Shown here: piece after piece, positions 1-5,244 of the stretch
How the letters are laid out: every line of letters starts with the position of its first letter
Numbering within the stretch: position 1 is the first letter of the stretch
Source: Fonticula alba ATCC 38817
Taxonomy: Eukaryota; Protista; Nucleariida
Strand: one strand, 5' to 3'
Assembly (NCBI GenBank): GCA_000388065.2
Contig: KB932203.1
Length of the DNA stretch: 5,244 nucleotides
The notes under the pieces: model-generated
What the model was told of the DNA's origin: nothing
Seen by the model: only the letters and a program-made list of their open reading frames with translations
The model's database searches: none
Translations under genes and position numbers: made by a program

Positions 1-829
1 GGCGCCCGGGGCGGGGGGGTCGTCTTCTGCACGTTCTCTCCGAGGCGCGGGCGAGCGGGCAAGCATGTGTCTTGCCGGGCGTCGCTGGCGGCGGGTCCCC
101 CGGCTGCAGCCGGGCGCCCGGCGCCGCCCGCGGCACCCGGCCCGGCCGGGCCCGGCTCGACCTGGCCCGGCCCGGCCGGCGGTGACATTCCCCCCCCGGC
201 CGGCCGTGCCCCCGGGCCGAAAGAGGCACCGGGCGAAAGACCCGCCGCCGGTTGATGACTCCCCGGGCTGGCGCCGCTCGCCGGGCCGAAGTCGGCGGTG
301 CGTCGCCCGGCCCGGGCCGCCCGTCCCCCGGGGGGCGCCGGATGCCTCGCCGACCGGCCCCCCCGGACAGCCACGCCACCCCGGGCGACCCTAGACCCGG
401 GCGGCCGGGCCGGCCGCGAAGGCCCGCCACAGGCCTCGGCCCTGGCTGGCCCTTTACCCGCTCCCCTCGCCGGACATCGGTCTTTTAAGCCTCCCCCAGG
501 GCGGGGACCCCTCGGGCCGGGGTCCGCCCGCCCGTGCCCGGCCCCCGGGGTCTTCGCCACCCGTCCGCCCCGAGCATACCCTACGGCCCAGGCTGGCGGA
601 GGGGCTCTCCGGCCGGCCGGCTCCCGTGCCCCGGGGTGCCTCTGCCCCTTTTCCTGCCGAAGGGAGGTCCGCGCATTCCTGGGCCACGGGCGACTCGCCC
701 CGGCTGCCCGAGGGAGGGGGGGGCGGGGCTCGCGGCCGGGCGCCGGGTGTGCCCCGGCCGCCACCTGTCAAGCACCCCCCCCCCGGCCGCGCCGGCCGCC
801 CCGAGCCGTGGGCCGCCCCGCCCCGCCCG

Positions 830-832
<3 letters not shown>

Positions 833-868
<36 letters not shown>
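833..868 (+). repeat. C36 homopolymer
   Basis: Direct count. Confidence 0.9.
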
Positions 869-869
<1 letters not shown>

Positions 870-1015
870 CCCCCGCTCCCGGCGGGCGCGTAATTTTTTC
901 CCTCCCGGCGCGTCTCGCCTCCCGGAGGCTTTTGCGCCGCCGTCGCCGCCGTCACCGCCGCCGCCGCCCGTCGCGAACCCGGCGCCTCCCCTCGTGTCTC
1001 GGCCTGCCCCCGCCT

Positions 1016-1252
1016 CCCCGGCGCGCCGGCCGGCACCCGGGGAGGCCCCTTGTTGGCCCTCGCGCGGGCATGGGGCCCGGAGATGCCCCGGATCACGGGT
1101 TCAGGATTTTCATCGCGGCGCCGATGTGGCCCGCCACAGCCCCAATGGAAGGCCGATGTCCCTGTCGGGGCCGCTATTTCCTCCACGTGCCGGCCTCATC
1201 GTCCCGCCAAACGCGGTCCCACGAACCGCGCCGCCCGCGCCGCCCGCGAGCG

Positions 1253-1275
<23 letters not shown>
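1016..1275 (+). repeat. Direct repeat copy 1 (core 1020-1252, 233 bp)
   Basis: Base-by-base identical to 3685-3944 (offset 2669). Confidence 0.95.
1058..1077. promoter_or_regulatory. LANA-binding-site (LBS1)-like motif, copy 1
   Basis: CCTCGCGCGGGCATGGGGCC vs KSHV terminal-repeat site TCCCGCCCGGGCATGGGGCC (recalled): 17/20, with CGGGCATGGGGCC (1065-1077) exact. Confidence 0.3.
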
Positions 1276-1287
<12 letters not shown>

Positions 1288-1327
1288 AGTCACCTTCCGG
1301 GCCCGGCCCGCCCCCCCCCCCCCCCCC
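1253..1327 (+). repeat. C32 (1253-1284) and C17 (1311-1327) homopolymers
   Basis: Direct count. Confidence 0.9.
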
Positions 1328-1359
1328 GGGCCACGACAACTGCCCCGCGCCGGTGCCCA

Positions 1360-1369
1360 NNNNNNNNNN
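1360..1369. other. Assembly gap (10 N)
   Basis: nnnnnnnnnn; the true distance between flanks is unknown. Confidence 0.99.
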
Positions 1370-1479
1370 CGCCCCCGCGCCTTGGGCGCCGCGCCCGCCC
1401 TGCCGTCCCCCCTCCCCGACGAGGAGGCGGATGCGGGGAAACAAGGGGGCGACGGGGTGGGCGCGGATGGGCGGGAAGT

Positions 1480-1544
1480 GTGCGCGCGCGCGCGAAAAAT
1501 CCCCGCCCTTTGGCGCGCGTTCTCGCGCGCGCGCGCGCGCGCAC
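1480..1544. repeat. Pair of (CG)n tracts forming an inverted repeat
   Basis: GTG(CG)6A at 1480-1495 and T(CG)9CAC at 1523-1544. Confidence 0.85.
1490..1516. promoter_or_regulatory. E2F-Sp1-E2F module
   Basis: GCGCGAAA (1490-1497, TTTCGCGC on minus), CCCCGCCC GC box (1501-1508), TTTGGCGC (1509-1516): two oppositely oriented TTTSSCGC sites around a GC box. Confidence 0.45.
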
Positions 1545-1650
1545 CCATCCACCCGCAAGCGCGCCCGCTCGCCCCCCCCCCCCCCCCCCCGGTTGTCGGG
1601 GGCCGGGGGCCGGGGACGGGCGGCCCGGCCGTGTGACGGCGTTGCCGGTG

Positions 1651-1697
1651 CCCATTGGCCGGGGGGATTTTGGGGCCAGTGGCGGCTGGGCGGGAAA
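1651..1697. promoter_or_regulatory. Inverted CCAAT box + E2F site
   Basis: ATTGG at 1654-1658 (CCAAT on minus); GCGGGAAA at 1690-1697 (TTTCCCGC on minus). Confidence 0.35.
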
Positions 1698-1812
1698 ATG
1701 CCCGCCCCCAGGCGGCGCGGCCGCCGGCAAAAGGGGGAACACGCGCCCGAGAGGTTGCGGCCCGCCTAGCGGGGCTCTTTGGGCGCGCACTTTCCGGCCC
1801 GCCGGGGGGGGG

Positions 1813-1844
1813 GTGCGCGCGCGCGCGCTCGCTCGCTCGCTCGC
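1813..1844 (+). repeat. (GC)n tract followed by (TCGC)4
   Basis: gtgcgcgcgcgcgcgc (1813-1828) then tcgc x4 (1829-1844). Confidence 0.85.
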
Positions 1845-2100
1845 GGACGACACCCCGATGCTCCCGGGCGAGCGGCTGCACGCGGAGTTTGGGCACCCGC
1901 ACGCCGAGCGGCGACCGAGTCATGGGGGGGGAGGGGGGACGGGATGACTGCGCGCGAATGTGCACGCCCCCGCGGCCGGGGACACACATGCACACCCGTG
2001 CACCGCTCGCGCGCACCGGCCGGCACGCGTGCACATACCGCCCCAGTCCGGGCGACGAGGGGACGGACACATGCAGGGGGGTCGGCGCGCAAAGGGCGCC

Positions 2101-2111
2101 AAAAAAAAAAA
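2101..2111 (+). repeat. A11 tract whose first three As complete an E2F motif (GCGCCAAA, 2096-2103)
   Basis: The only long A homopolymer in a GC-rich window. Confidence 0.85.
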
Positions 2112-3121
2112 GAAGGGCCACCCCGAGCGCGCCTGCCCGCCCGCCTTCCACCCGCGCGCGCGCGCGCGCACCGGCAGGCCGCCGGTACGGTCGCGGTTCC
2201 GCGAAATTCCCGCCATGCCCCCCCCCCCCCCCCCCGGCCAGGGAATGTGTTGCGGGGGCGCTGCTGCGCGAACCGCCCGAAGGTCTCCGGCGCGGAAGGC
2301 GGGTAACGGCCTTGCCCGGCCCCCGGGCCCGGGACCCTCCTCTCCGGGGCGTCTCCGATTTAATCAGCCACAGAAAATGCGCCCGCGCGCCTGACACAGG
2401 GCGCGCCGGCGGCCGCCGTGCAGCGTGCGGCCCATATGACGGGCGCGCTCGGGGGGGGGGGATCCGCGTCGTGAGCTCCGGCCGCCCTCGGTGGACGCCC
2501 TAGTGGGAAGGCCGCCCGCCTCCCCCCCCCCCCCCGTCGGGGCGGCGTGCAAAATAAGCGCACCGCGCGCCGGGCGCCGGCCAAAAGCCCGCCCATTCAC
2601 AATGGGATGGGCCGGGCCCCGGCCCTGGTGGGGGGGGGGGGAGGGGGGGACGAAGGACGGCGGCAGCCATCAAAGCATGCGAACGCGCACCGCCCCTGCC
2701 CCCTGCCCGCCCTCTCCCCCAGGAGCCCTGACCCCGGCGAGTCCGTCTCCGGGAGAGGAACCAGACACCGGGGGGGGGGGCGGTGCGGGGCAGGACGAAC
2801 GCACTTGGGCGGGCCGCCGCTTGCGCAGAGAGCCCCCCCCGGGGGCCGGCGGGAAATAATAACACCGCTCGAGCGGCTCTCGGCCGGCGCCCCCCCCCCC
2901 CCCCCCGGAAGGAACGTGTGCGAAGCCAGCCACCACGGCTGGCAGACCGCCCCATCCGCCAGGACCGACCGGGGGAGGAGGGCGGGAGAATAGCCGGCCG
3001 TCGGTGCCCCCCCCCCCCCTCCCCCCCCCCCCCCCCCCTGTGCGGGAGTGTTGCAGCAGCCCGGGCAGGTCCCCCCCCCTCTCGGCCGGTGGCCCGGCCA
3101 CAGGCGGGACCGGAACTTGGG

Positions 3122-3158
3122 AATATGGCGGCCATAAAAAAGTGCTGCAACATATAAA
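3122..3158 (+). promoter_or_regulatory. Pol II core promoter candidate: YY1 site + TATA box
   Basis: AATATGGCGGC (3122-3132) fits the YY1 consensus AANATGGCGGC. CATAAAAAA at 3133-3141 and TATAAA at 3153-3158 sit in the longest AT-enriched island of the non-coding part. Start site predicted near 3180-3185. Confidence 0.55.
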
Positions 3159-3411
3159 CCCGAGGGCGCCCGGTGTGCTGCGCTGACTTTCGATTACTCA
3201 GCCCTCCGCCCCGGCCGGGCCCGCGGCTCCCGGCTTCCGCGGGCCGTGTGCCGCCAGGGGAGATGCGCGGGACAAAATAACACCGGGCGCCAGATTGCGC
3301 GCGCGAAAGGGGCCGCACGCGTGCCGGCTTCCCGCGCGTTCCCGGCAGGGAGGGCGGGGCCTGGGAGCACCCCCTCCCTCCATCCCCCCGCTATTTCCCC
3401 GTGCCTCTCTT

Positions 3412-3466
3412 GCGTGTGTGCCGCGCGCGCGCCCGCACGCACACACGGCACGCACGCACATACGTG
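3412..3466 (+). repeat. Mixed alternating purine/pyrimidine tract (GT/CG/CA)
   Basis: tgcgtgtgtgccgcgcgcgcgcccgcacgcacacacggcacgcacgcacatacgtg. Confidence 0.75.
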
Positions 3467-3620
3467 CTCTCTTACCGGGGGGCTGGCAGCCACATGCGGG
3501 GACATGCCCGGCCGAGCCCCCCCCCCCCGAGAGGGGCCCCGCGGGGTAGGAGCACCGGCGGCGGCATGGCCCCCTGTGAAAAGGCCCCTGCGCTGGTGGC
3601 GGGCCGGCGCGCCGGCCCCG

Positions 3621-3688
<68 letters not shown>
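3621..3688 (+). repeat. C68 homopolymer, the longest in the window
   Basis: Direct count; length and purity may be a sequencing or assembly artefact. Confidence 0.9.
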
Positions 3689-3690
<2 letters not shown>

Positions 3691-3944
3691 CGCGCCGGCC
3701 GGCACCCGGGGAGGCCCCTTGTTGGCCCTCGCGCGGGCATGGGGCCCGGAGATGCCCCGGATCACGGGTTCAGGATTTTCATCGCGGCGCCGATGTGGCC
3801 CGCCACAGCCCCAATGGAAGGCCGATGTCCCTGTCGGGGCCGCTATTTCCTCCACGTGCCGGCCTCATCGTCCCGCCAAACGCGGTCCCACGAACCGCGC
3901 CGCCCGCGCCGCCCGCGAGCGCCCCCCCCCCCCCCCCCCCCCCC
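3685..3944 (+). repeat. Direct repeat copy 2 (core 3689-3921), flanked by poly-C on both sides
   Basis: Identical to 1016-1275; preceded by C68 (3621-3688) and ending in C23 (3922-3944). Confidence 0.95.
3727..3746. promoter_or_regulatory. LANA-binding-site (LBS1)-like motif, copy 2
   Basis: Same motif within repeat copy 2. Confidence 0.3.
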
Positions 3945-4143
3945 GCCCTGGGGGAATGGCGCGCGCGCGCGCACGCCCAGGCCACCCAGGGCGCGGGAGG
4001 CGCGAAGCCGAGGGAGGGCCGGCGCGCGGGGAGGCCCAGGCCCGGGGGGATCGCCCATGAACGAGACAGGCTCTCGCGTGCCTGCCCGCTCTCACCGGGC
4101 GGACCGCCGACCAGGGCGCCCATGCAGCCAGCCATGTGTTCCT

Positions 4144-4144
<1 letters not shown>

Positions 4145-4176
<32 letters not shown>

Positions 4177-4192
4177 CCGCCCCCCCCCCCCC
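4145..4192 (+). repeat. C31 (4145-4175) + C13 (4180-4192) homopolymers
   Basis: Direct count. Confidence 0.9.
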
Positions 4193-4484
4193 TGGCGCAC
4201 CCTGAGATTGAGGCCCCCCTGCCCCCTCCCCCCCCACCCCCTTGGCCAGTGGCGCCCCGATCGCGCGCACGCTTCGTGCGGCGCAGGCATCTCGAGCGCG
4301 CCGCCCTGGGCTTGACATCTCCCCGGCCCGATCGTGCCCCAGATCCCCTGTCCCAGCAACCGTGCCCCGGTCTGCCCTCGTGCACTTGGCCTTGTGCCCC
4401 CCCTCCCCCCCCCGGGCCCTGCCTCGTCGTCGGCACCACCACCACCCCTGCCGGCCACACCTGGTGTGTCGTTGTTTCTAGTGT

Positions 4485-4490
4485 TTCATT
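4485..4490 (-). terminator. Possible non-canonical poly(A) signal AATGAA for the minus-strand gene
   Basis: Lies ~35 nt past the TGA in an A-rich patch, with GTGTGG (4460-4455) and GGTGGTGGTG further downstream on the minus strand. I found no AATAAA/ATTAAA on either strand of the window. Confidence 0.25.
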
Positions 4491-4523
4491 TTTTTCTCCA
4501 CCCACTGGCGGACTGGGGCCTTC

Positions 4524-5205
4524 TCAGCGCATCCGGTCTGGCGGCCGCTGCCCATGTGCATCCGGGTGGTGGTAATGGCGCCGAGGCGGCTGCTGCTGCT
4601 GCTGATGGTAGGGGTGAGAGCCCGGGGCCGCGGCTGCCCCGGACGTCGGCGGGGGCAGGGTGATCCCCCGCCCCGGTGCGGGCTGGTGGTGGGGGTGGGC
4701 ACGCCGGCGCGCTTCGGGGGCCGGTGGCAGGGAGGGGGAGGAGCCTGCCGGCGCCGCGGGGCCATCGCGCCGGCCAAGCGCCCGGGCCACCGCGGCCCGG
4801 TCCCAGCCGTCCGGATCGTATGGGCTGCCATCGTCGCCCGGCGGCAGGGTGGCGATTTGCTCGCAAAGGCGCGCAAACTCCGCGGTCTCCTCCCCGGAGA
4901 GGCTTACTCGGGGGGCCTGCAATTCGGCGACAGATAGCGGATCGCCCCACTGTACGGCGACCGGGCCACGAGCAAAGGCGGCGGCGTGAACACAGAGGGG
5001 GATCCACAGTCAGGGCGAACTTCCGGGGCAAGGGGAAGCAACCAAGGGTCCCGGCTACGCGGGCACGTACCTGTCCCGGAGGGACGCCATCCGAGATGTC
5101 CTGGCGCCGGATGGCACCCAGCATCAGGGACGCCGGGGCCGAGGCAGCCAGCATCGGCCCAGTGGCCTCCACCAGAAAGGGGCGTGGCCGGTCGTGTGGT
5201 GGCAT
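4524..5205 (-). CDS. Putative spliced two-exon gene: exon 1 5205-5071 (45 codons), exon 2 4949-4524 (141 codons + TGA); 186-aa hypothetical protein MPPHDRPRPF...VPPGQ|WGDPLSVAELQAPRVSLSGEETAEFARLCEQIATL...HQQQQQPPRRHYHH...DRMR*
   Basis: ATG at 5205-5203. Donor CAG|GTACGT at 5071/5070 and acceptor TACAG|TGG at 4950/4949 join in phase 0, fusing the start of track ORF 4486-5205 to the frame of track ORF 4524-4922. Codons are GC3-rich and amino-acid complexity is much higher than in the rest of the window. The frame stays open upstream to the window edge, so the true start may be further 5'. No family recognised. Confidence 0.5.
4590..4604 (-). repeat. (CAG)5 on the minus strand, encoding a poly-Gln tract in putative exon 2
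   Basis: Plus strand reads ctgctgctgctgctg; in frame as QQQQQ within HPYHQQQQQPPRRHYHHP. Confidence 0.8.
4950..5070 (-). other. Putative 121-nt GT-AG spliceosomal intron
   Basis: Minus strand: 5' GTACGT; branch-point-like CCCTGAC (5015-5009); a pyrimidine-leaning stretch with no AG between the branch point and the TACAG acceptor. The ~60-nt branch-to-acceptor distance is longer than typical. Confidence 0.5.
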
Positions 5206-5244
5206 TTCCCGCCGTGCAAAGGGGCGGAGGGGCAGGGGGGGGGG

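Noticed and set aside
219-291. Hammerhead ribozyme or C/D-box resemblance (TTGATGA at 252-258, nearby GAAA/GAAG)
   Set aside because: Core is UUGAUGA rather than CUGAUGA, stem II cannot close (C opposite C), there is no suitable UH site, and no nearby CUGA D box.
573-584. AGCATACCCTAC resembles an EBNA1 site (AGCATATGCTAC)
   Set aside because: Single copy, central palindrome broken, flanks do not match.
1144-1153. AATGGAAGGC equals the 5' end of HSV-2 miR-H6-5p as I recall it
   Set aside because: Only 10 nt, and the flanks do not form a convincing ~22-bp precursor stem.
1659-1677. pac1-like CC-G6-ATTTT-G4, with A11 at 2101-2111 as a possible pac2 T-run
   Set aside because: The C and terminal G runs are short, and the two elements are ~430 bp apart in incompatible orientation rather than juxtaposed as at a herpesvirus cleavage junction.
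2503-2509. RBP-J/CSL core GTGGGAA
   Set aside because: A single 7-mer without the preferred upstream pyrimidine or a partner site; not distinguishable from chance.
2677-2806. Alphaherpesvirus origin-binding-protein-like boxes (TGCGAACG 2678-2685; CGAACGCACTT 2796-2806)
   Set aside because: Both deviate from CGTTCGCACTT, their orientation is opposite to oriS, and there is no AT-rich spacer.
3181-3191. CGCTGACTTTC resembles vertebrate telomerase RNA pseudoknot sequence (cf. Marek's disease virus vTR)
   Set aside because: No CTAACCCT template upstream and no AAAAAAUGUCAGC-type partner downstream; the match is only 11 nt.
4264-4287. RARFVRRR in ORF 3739-4575 recalls the ICP34.5/GADD34 C-terminal region
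   Set aside because: No upstream RVRF PP1-binding motif or conserved W/R pattern; Arg-rich words are common in these frames.
65-4575. Many long overlapping ORFs on both strands (e.g. 298-1947, 549 aa; 1174-2397, 407 aa; 3246-4205, 319 aa)
   Set aside because: Pro/Arg/Gly/Ala-dominated translations of homopolymers, open in several frames at once; some cross the N gap and many start at non-ATG codons. Expected from stop-codon scarcity at this GC level.
4486-5205. Unspliced 239-aa minus-strand ORF as the real product
   Set aside because: After codon 45 it reads through a good splice donor and degrades into Arg/Pro/Ala-rich text. The spliced model fits better, though intron retention is not excluded.
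1-5244. CRISPR array, tRNA, rRNA, IS/transposon ends, Pol III A/B boxes, TAATGARAT
   Set aside because: No regularly spaced repeats, cloverleaf, rRNA-like conserved sequence, terminal inverted repeats with target duplication, or matching consensus seen.

Overview
Extremely GC-rich (roughly 80% by eye, not computed), CpG-rich, low-complexity DNA with many long C/G homopolymers and a 10-N gap (1360-1369). I see no prokaryotic genes, tRNA, rRNA, CRISPR array or recognisable mobile element. Most listed ORFs look like artefacts of stop-codon scarcity. The recognisable signals are eukaryotic/Pol II type. (1) A candidate two-exon gene on the minus strand at the right end (exon 1 5205-5071, 121-nt GT-AG intron, exon 2 4949-4524, 186 aa, no family recognised); the ORF track splits it into two frames. 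(2) A YY1 + TATA promoter on the plus strand (3122-3158), pointing toward that gene's 3' end. (3) Seven strict E2F motifs. (4) A perfect 233-bp direct repeat (260 bp with flanking Cs), 2669 bp apart, each copy carrying a 17/20 match to the KSHV LANA-binding site as I recall it. (5) Many Z-DNA- and G4-prone tracts. My best reading is a herpesvirus-like GC-rich repeat/terminal regulatory region, possibly gammaherpesviral. This is inference: a vertebrate CpG island is not excluded, and part of the architecture may be misassembly across poly-C runs.
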